Positions 1-7,775 of a stretch of DNA of 64,000 nt are shown here, in pieces (within the stretch, counting starts at the first letter, position 1; every line of letters starts with the position of its first letter). The notes beneath the pieces are model-generated. The model made no database searches, was not told the origin of the DNA, and worked only from the letters and a program-made list of their open reading frames with translations. The stretch is taken from the IMG/VR virus record IMGVR_UViG_3300022694_000001. One strand, written 5' to 3'. The translations under genes were made by a program, and so were the position numbers. The DNA comes from a virus.

Positions 1-100
1 CAATTCGGCCAGCTGAAAGAAACTCATCTAAATATCTAGCAGGCCGATTACCAGCCTTGGCTTGCAAATCCGAAATTCGTATTTTGCCAGGTTCACTCAT
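1..100 (-). CDS. Hypothetical protein, 5' part only (MSEPGKIRISDLQAKAGNRPARYLDEFLSAGRI...), runs off the window
   Basis: ATG at 100 overlaps the TGA of 97..1350 (ATGA coupling); frame open to position 1. Confidence 0.55.
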   Translation of the reverse strand, partial: MSEPGKIRISDLQAKAGNRPARYLDEFLSAGRI

Positions 101-1350
101 GGTGCTGGTAAAAAACCACATGGATCAGGATCACAGTCAGTTCCACTCCCCATAAAAGTTCCGCCATCGACCTCACAAGCGAATTGAGTTACATCACTAT
201 AGCAAATACCGTCTAAACAGCACGCGCCCAGGCACGGATCAGGGTCACAGGTTGTTCCATCACCCTGATAAACTCCAGTAGGATTACTTATACACTCTGC
301 TTCGCTAAGGATAAAACAACCATCACTCGTGCAACACGCGCCTGTTCCCGGCGGTGTCGTGCAAGTATCTTCTTCACACGGGACGTTATCACCCTGAAAT
401 GCTCCTTCGGCAGCGATGCACTCAGCCTCAGTTTTACAGGAGCAATCCTCACCCTCGCAGCACGCGCCTTTGCACTTGTCGGGACAGGCACCAACTACCC
501 TAACGTTCGTGAGCGTAGTTTCGCCATTGACCTCTGGCGCTAAGACTTCATCCCCGATTATCTCAGTCTCTCCTACCGCAATCGTTACAGTCTTCGGTGT
601 ATCTACCAGGTCTCCATCATCATCAGGAACGAAGTGCTCATTATATTTAATGCGAATGTCGATGTCTTGCGGACAAGCTATTGTGAATTTCGGTTTGAAT
701 TTGGAAAGGCTGTCGCTGCTTCCCCCCTCAGTAATTATATCCCGGACAGCACTGCAAGAACCTCCAAAAGTCCCCGGATATGGAACATCATTTAGATGTT
801 CAAGAAGCATCTCATCGGTGTATGGGTCAGATAGATACCAACTGCCAGAAGATACTGTGCGATAACCTTCAAAGGTGTGATCGGAATGCAACGTAGCGGA
901 TGTTGGCGATACATCCCAATCATCATCGCTCGCAAATGGCGGACTAAACCAATCCAAGCTACCATAGGTCGTTGTTGGCGGAGAGGCGTCACAATGAGTG
1001 GTAACGGTAGTGCAGTCGCCAAGGTGTGAATCAGGAAGAAAATCGCAATCAAGTGAAACATCTGGCACCAAACCAAGATGGTGCTCCATATTTGTGCATG
1101 TCTGGACTGCTCCTTCAACGTTCCCTCCACATGGGCCAACCCGCGTAACAGTGGATGTATAATCGTTTATCCCGCGCCTGAGATAATGATCAGTTTCTGT
1201 GCCATCAAAATTGAAAAATCCGCATTTTTGCACCTGAACGGAATCGCAAACTACAGAAACAGCAGGACAACACCCCGGAGCAAACAAAACCTTCTGCTCA
1301 GCAGGGTCATACAGGACCTTGCCCTCAGAATTAACTAAAACCCCGGGCAT
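97..1350 (-). CDS. Cys-rich putative virion/tail accessory protein with three C-terminal GACC repeats
   Basis: 417 aa; repeats GACCxxxxC...C...G.(F/Y)QGD...C..DxC; coupled to neighbouring genes. Confidence 0.7.
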   Translation of the reverse strand: MPGVLVNSEGKVLYDPAEQKVLFAPGCCPAVSVVCDSVQVQKCGFFNFDGTETDHYLRRGINDYTSTVTRVGPCGGNVEGAVQTCTNMEHHLGLVPDVSLDCDFLPDSHLGDCTTVTTHCDASPPTTTYGSLDWFSPPFASDDDWDVSPTSATLHSDHTFEGYRTVSSGSWYLSDPYTDEMLLEHLNDVPYPGTFGGSCSAVRDIITEGGSSDSLSKFKPKFTIACPQDIDIRIKYNEHFVPDDDGDLVDTPKTVTIAVGETEIIGDEVLAPEVNGETTLTNVRVVGACPDKCKGACCEGEDCSCKTEAECIAAEGAFQGDNVPCEEDTCTTPPGTGACCTSDGCFILSEAECISNPTGVYQGDGTTCDPDPCLGACCLDGICYSDVTQFACEVDGGTFMGSGTDCDPDPCGFLPAP

Positions 1351-2027
1351 TACGCGCAGCCTTCCCCATCACCGCACTTGGTAGCGCCGCACTCAGCAAC
1401 GCAAACGGCGATCCACTTTTGATTGCCGTCCGATGAATCGAAACCCCAGATCCAGTTTTTGTCTTCGTCGAGTCCTGTGGTGGGAAGCACTTCGAATACT
1501 ATGTCGCCGCAGATTTCGTTGGTCGGGGTGACAACCGGTGTGGCTCCGGAGCTATCAACTTTTACGTGGCCTATTGTTTTGTAGGCAATGCCACCGGCGT
1601 TGTCTGGCGTGGCTGCGCCGTTGTTGAGCGAGACGCTGGTAATGGTTCCAGTGGATTGGTCTAGTGTGCATTCAGCCCAGATTTCGTCGCCATCGGCTAC
1701 TTCTAACTGATAAGTGTCGCCGCTAGGCATTCCGCTGGGGTCGATGCCGTCGCTGTTGGGATCGTAAACTACGCCGTCGAGGATGAGCACCAGCGCGGTG
1801 CCTGGTTCGCTGGCATCGGAGAGACGGAAGGAGAAACGAACGCCATCTGCCGGATCAGCCCTGCCTGCGCGATCAGCGTCAACTGCCCATACTTTGCCGT
1901 CTGCGCCGACGATTCGCGCGGTCCTTGGCGATTTACTGGCCGGAACGTGGTCGGCGGCCCTGTGGATTTGTTGCAAGCCGCGAATGTGCGGCGGCGCATG
2001 TGACCAATTTGAGGGTTGCCAGGGCAT
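1350..2027 (-). CDS. Hypothetical protein, probably structural (beta-rich)
   Basis: 225-aa ORF whose stop overlaps the start of 97..1350. Confidence 0.7.
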   Translation of the reverse strand: MPWQPSNWSHAPPHIRGLQQIHRAADHVPASKSPRTARIVGADGKVWAVDADRAGRADPADGVRFSFRLSDASEPGTALVLILDGVVYDPNSDGIDPSGMPSGDTYQLEVADGDEIWAECTLDQSTGTITSVSLNNGAATPDNAGGIAYKTIGHVKVDSSGATPVVTPTNEICGDIVFEVLPTTGLDEDKNWIWGFDSSDGNQKWIAVCVAECGATKCGDGEGCA

Positions 2028-2043
2028 TTTAGGGAACCTTTTT

Positions 2044-2073
2044 AACCACGAATGGACACTAATTTACACGAAT
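2044..2073 (+). repeat. CACGAAT-type ~10-bp-period repeat, left arm of a 30-bp inverted repeat
   Basis: aaccacgaatggacactaatttacacgaat; 27/30 identical to the reverse complement of 2277..2306. Confidence 0.8.
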
Positions 2074-2298
2074 AGCTGATTTCCCGGATGGCACGGATTT
2101 TGGTTTAGGAACACCGAGTAGGCTGTTTTGTTGGATAGGGATCGCTTCTGGATGCTCACGCCGATCAACAATATTTCCGTTCGACAGACACCCGCCAAAA
2201 CCAGCTTTGACTACCTCGCGGATCTTACACAAAGCATCCACCTTGGGTTGATCTTCGGGTCTGATCGCCTTCAGAGATTCGTGTTTATTCGTGTCCAT
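2059..2298 (-). CDS. Small hypothetical protein (79 aa) between inverted repeats
   Basis: ATG overlaps the end of the glycosyltransferase; the N-terminus MDTNKHE is encoded by the repeat. Confidence 0.5.
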   Translation of the reverse strand: MDTNKHESLKAIRPEDQPKVDALCKIREVVKAGFGGCLSNGNIVDRREHPEAIPIQQNSLLGVPKPKSVPSGKSAIRVN

Positions 2299-2306
2299 TC
2301 GTGGTT
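2277..2306 (-). repeat. CACGAAT-type repeat, right arm of the inverted repeat
   Basis: Reverse complement reads aaccacgaatggacacgaataaacacgaat. Confidence 0.8.
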
Positions 2307-3391
2307 TTCTTTAAGAGGTCTGCCCACCAAGGCCAGCAGGCATCGGGGTTGCCGTGGCCTGTGGTGACGAGCTGCGCGTAAGCCTGGCTGGCGATGGCGC
2401 GCCGCATGTTTGGGTAAAAGGCCAGTTCGCTGGCGCGGAAAGCGGCTTCATCGGGTGAATCGACCAGAAAACCGGTTTCTTTGTCGGTGATCAGTTCTTT
2501 GGCGCCGCCGCGGTTATCGGCTATGACCACTACGCCGGCAGCCTGCGCTTCGAGCATAATGCGACCCAAAGCTTCTTCCCATTGGTAATCGCACACGTGC
2601 ACAAGCACATGGCTACGGGCGTAAAGCTCCGACAGCGTTTGGCTGTCGTGTATGTGCTGGTGCAACGTGACGTTGAGTTCGTTGTGCCATTTACAGGAAT
2701 TATCGGTTGCCGTTGGGTCGCCTACTTTTGCGGCGGCTTCCGGGCCGAACCCGGCAATTTCGATCTGGACGCTGGCGCCCGCGGGCGCGGTGACACCGCA
2801 AAACATGCGCCACGTGTCGGGATGCCATTTATCGGGGTCGTCCCGGCAGATTTTCAGGGCGCGAAATGTTTTGTCGTCGCGCTCGGTTCTGAAACGCAGT
2901 GGCAGATAGCGGCTTTTGGTGTTGATGAAAGCTTTGTAACCTGAGCGGGCTTTAACGGCTTTATGAGCGCGCCGGGCGATGATGGGGCCGAGTTTGTCTG
3001 CCAACGCGCGGCTTTGAAAAAAAAACTCGTCGATTAAGCCTTCCCGGTGCGCGGCGATCTCGTCGTCGGTGGCGTAGTGCATACAATCGGAGTAAACGAA
3101 ATAACCGGGGCGATCGTTATTTTCCCGGATGAGCGGGAACAGGCGGACGCCTTCACCGAAAGACATGAGGACCTGGCACTCTTTGAACATGCCCGGTGTG
3201 TACTGAACCAGTGTTACGCCAAGTTTGTCCCGGAGATAATCGGCAGCGGGGTTGCCGTGGTCAATGATCGGATCGCCCGGCGGCACGATCATGCGCACAG
3301 GGACTTTGCGCGAGCGCAATAGCTCGATGGCGCCTAATATCTCGGTGCCGCAGCCGCCGCATTGGTGGACGATGCCGAAGAAGTTGATCAT
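2285..3391 (-). CDS. Glycosyltransferase, GT-B fold / GT4-like
   Basis: Motif EEALGRIMLEAQAAGVVVIADNRGGAKELITDKETGFLVD (E-x7-E); ORF open from 3466, likely start MINFFG at 3391. Confidence 0.85.
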   Translation of the reverse strand: MINFFGIVHQCGGCGTEILGAIELLRSRKVPVRMIVPPGDPIIDHGNPAADYLRDKLGVTLVQYTPGMFKECQVLMSFGEGVRLFPLIRENNDRPGYFVYSDCMHYATDDEIAAHREGLIDEFFFQSRALADKLGPIIARRAHKAVKARSGYKAFINTKSRYLPLRFRTERDDKTFRALKICRDDPDKWHPDTWRMFCGVTAPAGASVQIEIAGFGPEAAAKVGDPTATDNSCKWHNELNVTLHQHIHDSQTLSELYARSHVLVHVCDYQWEEALGRIMLEAQAAGVVVIADNRGGAKELITDKETGFLVDSPDEAAFRASELAFYPNMRRAIASQAYAQLVTTGHGNPDACWPWWADLLKKTTNGHE

Positions 3392-3446
3392 CCTGCTTTG
3401 CCAAGGCTTCGCAGGACGAAGGAGATCGTCCAATGTTGAATTAAGA

Positions 3447-4172
3447 TCATGTGGGAACGCCTTCAAAGAACAGGCCGCCGGCTACGGGGATTTCCATTTG
3501 GAAGTCTACGGACACGTCTTCGTAGCGTGTTGAAACTTCCGGGGCAGGATTTTCGGTGGTAGTGGAAGTGCGGCTGCCGTGCGTGGTGCTGGTGGTGCGG
3601 GTCGGATCGGTGTGGGTGGTTTGCCTGCTACTGGAACCGCTTTCAGAGGCTGAGCCGCTGCTAGAAGTGGACGTGGAATGGGAACCACTGCGACTGCCGG
3701 AACTGGATCGGCTTGAACTGGTGCTGCTAGAATGCGTGCCGCTGCGACTAGAGGACGCACTGCGACTGCTCGATGTGCTGGCGCTATGCGTTCCGCTACG
3801 CGAACCGGTGCCACTACGCGACGACGATGTGCTTGCGCTGTGCGTCCCGCTACGCGAACCTGTTCCGCTGCGACTGCTCGACGTACTGGCGCTGTGTGTG
3901 CCACTGCGTGAGCCGGTGCCACTACGCGATGACGATGTGCTGGCACTATGCGTCCCGCTGCGGCTTGAACTGGTGCTGCGACTGCCTGACGTGCTGGCGC
4001 TGTGCGTGGTAGCGCGGCTGGTGCTTCCGCTGCGGCTGCTGGACGTGCTACGGGTGCCGCTGCGGCTACCGGTGGCTGAGCGCGTAGAGGATTGGCTTGT
4101 CGAATGGCTAGATGAACTGTTTTCCGATGTGCCGTGCTCAGTTCTGCGTTGGTATAGACGGTAATCAGCCAT
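3447..4172 (-). CDS. Ser/Thr-rich low-complexity repeat protein
   Basis: 241 aa, five 18-aa repeats SSSRSGTGSRSGTHSAST, unique termini, coupled to 4172..4993. Confidence 0.75.
   Translation of the reverse strand: MADYRLYQRRTEHGTSENSSSSHSTSQSSTRSATGSRSGTRSTSSSRSGSTSRATTHSASTSGSRSTSSSRSGTHSASTSSSRSGTGSRSGTHSASTSSSRSGTGSRSGTHSASTSSSRSGTGSRSGTHSASTSSSRSASSSRSGTHSSSTSSSRSSSGSRSGSHSTSTSSSGSASESGSSSRQTTHTDPTRTTSTTHGSRTSTTTENPAPEVSTRYEDVSVDFQMEIPVAGGLFFEGVPT
3739..4008. repeat. Five tandem 54-bp coding repeats
   Basis: Units start at 3739, 3793, 3847, 3901, 3955. Confidence 0.85.
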
Positions 4173-4993
4173 TATAGGGGTGGTTCCTCGTAATAAAGGG
4201 TTTCGACGTTAGCGCCGCCCGTAACATGATAGGTTACCTGGTCGCCGGCGGACGAACCGCTTTCGGACGACGATTCATCGTGCGTCTCTGAATCCTCGCT
4301 GGTGCTGGTCTCGCTTGAGCTCTGGGTTTCGCCGCCGCCGTCGCCACCGGCGGTTTCAGAGTTTTCTGCGCCTGTAGAATTGTCAGCGGATTGCTCACCG
4401 CCGCTGGAAGCGCCTTCGTCGCTGGATTGGTTGCTTTCAGCGGATTCTTCGCCGCCGCTGGAAGCACCCTCGTCGCTGGATTGGTTGCTTTCAGCCGATT
4501 GCTCGCCTCCGCTGGACGCGCCTTCATCGCTGGATTGGTTAGTTTCGCTGGATTGCTCGCCGCCGGCGGTAGCTGAGTTATCGATGCCACCGCTTTGTTC
4601 GATGGAAGAATCGCCGCCTGCAGCGGATCCCGATTCGACGCCGGCACTGGCCTCGCTGCTTTGGTCGGTGCCGGTGTTGATGCCGTTATCAGTTGAGTTA
4701 CGGGTGGAAGCGGTCACACCGGATTCGACACTGGTGGAAACGACGCCTTCGCGGACTTCGTAAACGGTGGAAGGATCGTCAACGGTGACGCGGACAATGG
4801 GGCCGGAGCGGGACGTGGAACTGATGCGGGTAAGATCGTCTTTGCGAATGATAGCTTCGCCGGAGATGCGAATGGTGGCAGGCTCGAGGACTTGCAGAAT
4901 GTTATCGTCCCGCGTTTTGCGCAGGCCCACGCGTGTTTTATAGCAAAGCTGCGCGATAAAATCGGGCAGATCATTTAGATGAATCTTTGCCAC
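4172..4993 (-). CDS. Ser/Gly/Glu-rich repeat protein
   Basis: 273 aa, globular N-terminus then 18-aa repeats SNQSSDEGASSGGEQSAE; GTG start. Confidence 0.75.
   Translation of the reverse strand: MAKIHLNDLPDFIAQLCYKTRVGLRKTRDDNILQVLEPATIRISGEAIIRKDDLTRISSTSRSGPIVRVTVDDPSTVYEVREGVVSTSVESGVTASTRNSTDNGINTGTDQSSEASAGVESGSAAGGDSSIEQSGGIDNSATAGGEQSSETNQSSDEGASSGGEQSAESNQSSDEGASSGGEESAESNQSSDEGASSGGEQSADNSTGAENSETAGGDGGGETQSSSETSTSEDSETHDESSSESGSSAGDQVTYHVTGGANVETLYYEEPPL
4386..4547. repeat. Three tandem 54-bp coding repeats
   Basis: Units start at 4386, 4440, 4494. Confidence 0.85.
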
Positions 4994-5014
4994 CTTGGGA
5001 AGTGAGCGTAGTTT

Positions 5015-5031
5015 GACAGCGGAGCGCAGTC
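5015..5031 (-). promoter_or_regulatory. Palindromic operator/promoter motif, copy 1 (leftward promoter)
   Basis: GACAGC-ggagc-GCAGTC; minus strand reads TTGACT-17-TACGCT upstream of the 4993 GTG. Confidence 0.75.
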
Positions 5032-5062
5032 AATAGAGAATGGAAAGGCTAGGAATGAAGAA

Positions 5063-5093
5063 AACGCTCAAACGCCGAACGTCCAACGCTCAA
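5063..5093. repeat. AACGYYS heptamer array (intergenic)
   Basis: aacgctc a aacgccg aacgtcc aacgctc aa. Confidence 0.75.
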
Positions 5094-5116
5094 TTTGAGA
5101 AAGATACTATGCTCTT

Positions 5117-5133
5117 GACAGCGGTTAGCTGTC
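5117..5133 (+). promoter_or_regulatory. Palindromic operator/promoter motif, copy 2
   Basis: ttGACAGC-ggtta-GCTGTC. Confidence 0.75.
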
Positions 5134-5152
5134 GTGAGAAACAGCTTTGCTA

Positions 5153-5548
5153 ATGAAAGCGTTTCCGCGGTCGAACAGGATTTTTCGGCACGCGTTTGCG
5201 TTTGCGTTTGATGATGCGCCTAGCGTCTGGCTGGGGGTTGGTTACACCCTGGCTTCGCACAAGATTTCGTTGAACACCAACGATGCGACAAGTGATAAAA
5301 CGCTGCCGCAGTTGACGGACGCCAAGGCTAACGCAACCACGGGCGACATTCGGACAGTGGCGTTTGCGATAGCGGAAGCGTTGTTTCAGGCGTGGCTGGC
5401 ACAGGGAGCCGGTGGGCAGCCACGAAACATGGTTATTCGCCGGAGCGCGAGCAGCGCAGGCACCAACGACACTGTTACCTACACCTACCAGTTGCAGTTC
5501 ACGCTGGACCCGAGCGGGACGTACACTGTAGATGATGAGCCGGCGTAA
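5153..5548 (+). CDS. Hypothetical protein, possibly structural
   Basis: ATG 20 nt after motif copy 2; C-terminal beta strand TYTYQLQFTLD. Confidence 0.65.
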   Translation: MKAFPRSNRIFRHAFAFAFDDAPSVWLGVGYTLASHKISLNTNDATSDKTLPQLTDAKANATTGDIRTVAFAIAEALFQAWLAQGAGGQPRNMVIRRSASSAGTNDTVTYTYQLQFTLDPSGTYTVDDEPA

Positions 5549-5559
5549 TGGCGGAAGAA

Positions 5560-5582
5560 AACGCCGAACGCCGAACGCTCAA
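5560..5582. repeat. AACGYYS heptamer array
   Basis: aacgccg aacgccg aacgctc aa. Confidence 0.7.
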
Positions 5583-5598
5583 TGTAGAATAACAGAAA

Positions 5599-5694
5599 AT
5601 GACAATAAAAGGGATAGCAATAGCGTTTGGGGTGATTTTGCTCGTCATTTTCTTTCTTTGTTTTCTTTTCCTTTTTTTGCCTAGTGGATTGTGA
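5599..5694 (+). CDS. Small single-TM peptide (31 aa)
   Basis: MTIKGIAIAFGVILLVIFFLCFLFLFLPSGL; below the ORF-track cutoff. Confidence 0.4.
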   Translation: MTIKGIAIAFGVILLVIFFLCFLFLFLPSGL

Positions 5695-5737
5695 ACGCAG
5701 GCAACTGAGACGGTCGCGCTACCTTAAACTTGGCATT

Positions 5738-5754
5738 GACAGCGTTTCGCAGTC
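5738..5754 (+). promoter_or_regulatory. Palindromic operator/promoter motif, copy 3
   Basis: ttGACAGC-gtttc-GCAGTC; TTGACA-17-TAAGCG; ATG at 5772. Confidence 0.75.
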
Positions 5755-5771
5755 GTGGTAAGCGCGAGAAC

Positions 5772-6092
5772 ATGATGAAACATTTGCTTCGCTGGCTGCT
5801 GATTCTTTCGATTGTGCCGTTGGTGGCTTACGCTGCCACAATTTATGTGGGGCCGCAGACGGACGGTTATCACATCGGGCTACAGTCGCATGACCGTGTG
5901 GGATTCCGCGGGGCAAAGCCTGTGGGCAAACCGATCATTACCGGTACGGCAACCGCAGACATTATCGCGGCGCTGGCAGCGCAGGGGCTTCTGGCCACGG
6001 CCACGCCAACCTCCACGGCCACTGCAACCTCTACGGCGACCTCAACGGCCACAGCGACCTCAACGGCAACCGCGACTGCGACCGCGCCTTAA
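5772..6092 (+). CDS. Head decoration/fibre-like protein with signal-peptide-like N-terminus and (TA/TS)n tail
   Basis: MMKHLLRWLLILSIVPLVAYA, then GFRGAKPV...IIAALAAQGLL, then TATPTSTATAT... Confidence 0.65.
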   Translation: MMKHLLRWLLILSIVPLVAYAATIYVGPQTDGYHIGLQSHDRVGFRGAKPVGKPIITGTATADIIAALAAQGLLATATPTSTATATSTATSTATATSTATATATAP

Positions 6093-6132
6093 CCACGTAA
6101 AGGCGCTTGCGCGCCCGCGTGGCAAGGGACGC

Positions 6133-6228
6133 ATGTTTGCAGCGATGAAGTGGGTTGGTGACGTTTTTTGGATAGTGCTTGGGATTCTGTCGATCCTATT
6201 CATTTTCTACACTTTGCTGTTTTCGTAA
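6133..6228 (+). CDS. Small single-TM peptide (31 aa)
   Basis: MFAAMKWVGDVFWIVLGILSILFIFYTLLFS. Confidence 0.4.
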   Translation: MFAAMKWVGDVFWIVLGILSILFIFYTLLFS

Positions 6229-6290
6229 CACTGCTTCGCTGAAGCTACGTAGGGGTACCCGCGCTCCTGTCGTTCCTGTTTTTCTTTGTT

Positions 6291-6307
6291 GACAGCGTTT
6301 CGCTGTC
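6291..6307 (+). promoter_or_regulatory. Palindromic operator/promoter motif, copy 4
   Basis: ttGACAGC-gtttc-GCTGTC directly upstream of the scaffold gene. Confidence 0.8.
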
Positions 6308-6312
6308 GTGAT

Positions 6313-7647
6313 ATGCCGCAGTCTCAAATGGATGAGACTCAAACCTCTGGCGAAAGCCGGGGCGAGCAATCTTCTGGTCAAACGGCGGGCGAGAGTCAAT
6401 CGCAAGCGGCTGGTGAAGTGAAGGCTGAAGATACGGCGCATAGCGCCGTGGCTACAGCGGGAACTGAATCGGGTGCTGCCACTGCGTCTGAGAAATCAAC
6501 GACACCACAACAGGGCGAAGCTGAGGGGGAACGCGGCGAGGGCGCTGCGGCTACGGCGGCGAAGCCTGAGCGGTCCAAGACCGCAGTGGGTGTGGAAGAT
6601 TATGAACGGATGAAGGCGGATGCGCTTAGTCCGAAGCCAGCAACTACGGGTCCGGCTGTTGTTTCCGGTGGCGAAAGCCCTGGGAAAACAGAGGAGCAGA
6701 AAACGTCCAACGCTGAACTTCCAACGTCGAACGCCCAAGTAGAAGAGCCGCCTAAAGGCGGGACTCCGAGCGAGGCTCAGGGCGAAGGCGGCGGCGAGGA
6801 GGAGAATAAACTTCCTGATCGGGTTCGGCTGGGCGGGCTTTCGGATGCGGACAAGGGGCACATAGTGGCGGCGAAAGCGATCGCTACGGCTGAAAAGATT
6901 CCGTTTGCGGATGCGTTATTTCGCGTGACTGGAAAGGCGACGGCGAAAGCTGAAGGCGCTACGGGTAGCGAAACGGCTACAGAGACGGCAGCGACGACGG
7001 AGGGTGCATCGAGAACGGTTGAGCAAATCCAGGCGGATATTGCGGCAAAAAAGGCGGAGAAGAAAGACGCGGCCGCGCAGCTTGATCTGAGTAGGACGGC
7101 TGAAATCGATGATGAACTGGATACGTTGCGCGACGAACTCGGTATGGCCCGCAGGGCGGTTGAGGAAGCGAACTGGCTGGCTGAGAACGAACGGCAAACG
7201 CAGTTTCAGACATCGGTGCGCGATTCCAAGAAGCGCCTGCTGGAAGCGTATCCGGACGCGGCAGACGATAACAGCGCGCTCTCGAAAGAAATGCTGGCCA
7301 TCGCAGACGTGATGGAGCAGCAGAATAATCCGCTGGTCTATGAGGCGGACGCGCCGTTTAAGATTGGGCAGATGGCTGCGAACAAGCGCGGGATACCGCC
7401 CCAGAGCGGACCAAGTAAGAAAGAATCTTCCACACCTGCTGCGGGAACACGGGCCGCGGCACCTGCCAAGCCGCAAGGCGTAAGGCAGGAAGCAGTGGTG
7501 TCCAAACCCGCAGGCGGACCGGCAGCAGCCGGGAGCGCCCGCACAACCAGCGGGGGGAACGGACAGACTGCTATTGACCCTGAAAAAATCAGGACGGTGG
7601 AAGATTACGAAGCGGTGAAGGCCGAAGTAACCGGCGCGCGCAGATAA
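6313..7647 (+). CDS. Putative capsid scaffolding protein
   Basis: Acidic, low-complexity N-half plus coiled coil, immediately upstream of the major capsid gene; start 6313 or 6328. Confidence 0.7.
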   Translation: MPQSQMDETQTSGESRGEQSSGQTAGESQSQAAGEVKAEDTAHSAVATAGTESGAATASEKSTTPQQGEAEGERGEGAAATAAKPERSKTAVGVEDYERMKADALSPKPATTGPAVVSGGESPGKTEEQKTSNAELPTSNAQVEEPPKGGTPSEAQGEGGGEEENKLPDRVRLGGLSDADKGHIVAAKAIATAEKIPFADALFRVTGKATAKAEGATGSETATETAATTEGASRTVEQIQADIAAKKAEKKDAAAQLDLSRTAEIDDELDTLRDELGMARRAVEEANWLAENERQTQFQTSVRDSKKRLLEAYPDAADDNSALSKEMLAIADVMEQQNNPLVYEADAPFKIGQMAANKRGIPPQSGPSKKESSTPAAGTRAAAPAKPQGVRQEAVVSKPAGGPAAAGSARTTSGGNGQTAIDPEKIRTVEDYEAVKAEVTGARR

Positions 7648-7730
7648 GTCTTTTCATTCGTTTTCCGGCGCACCTGAGCGGGTGGGCCAGGTCGATCAGC
7701 ACAAGACCAATTCTCTCATTCAGAGAAACA

Positions 7731-7757
7731 TCCTGCTTCGCCAAAGGCTTCGCAGGA
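7731..7757. repeat. REP-like hairpin TCCTGC...GCAGGA
   Basis: tcctgcttcgccaaaggcttcgcagga; near-identical copy at 3391..3416, relatives at 6231..6253 and 60653..60678. Confidence 0.65.
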
Positions 7758-7775
7758 CTACGGGAGAACAAACTT

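Noticed and set aside
3556-4164. 202-aa + strand Leu/Val/Asp-rich ORF (and 4302..4763)
   Set aside because: Antisense shadows of the Ser/Thr/Arg repeats; the minus-strand genes fit the coupled operon
3739-4547. 54-bp tandem repeats as a possible CRISPR array
   Set aside because: No unique spacers, length is a multiple of 3, degenerate at third codon positions, no cas genes
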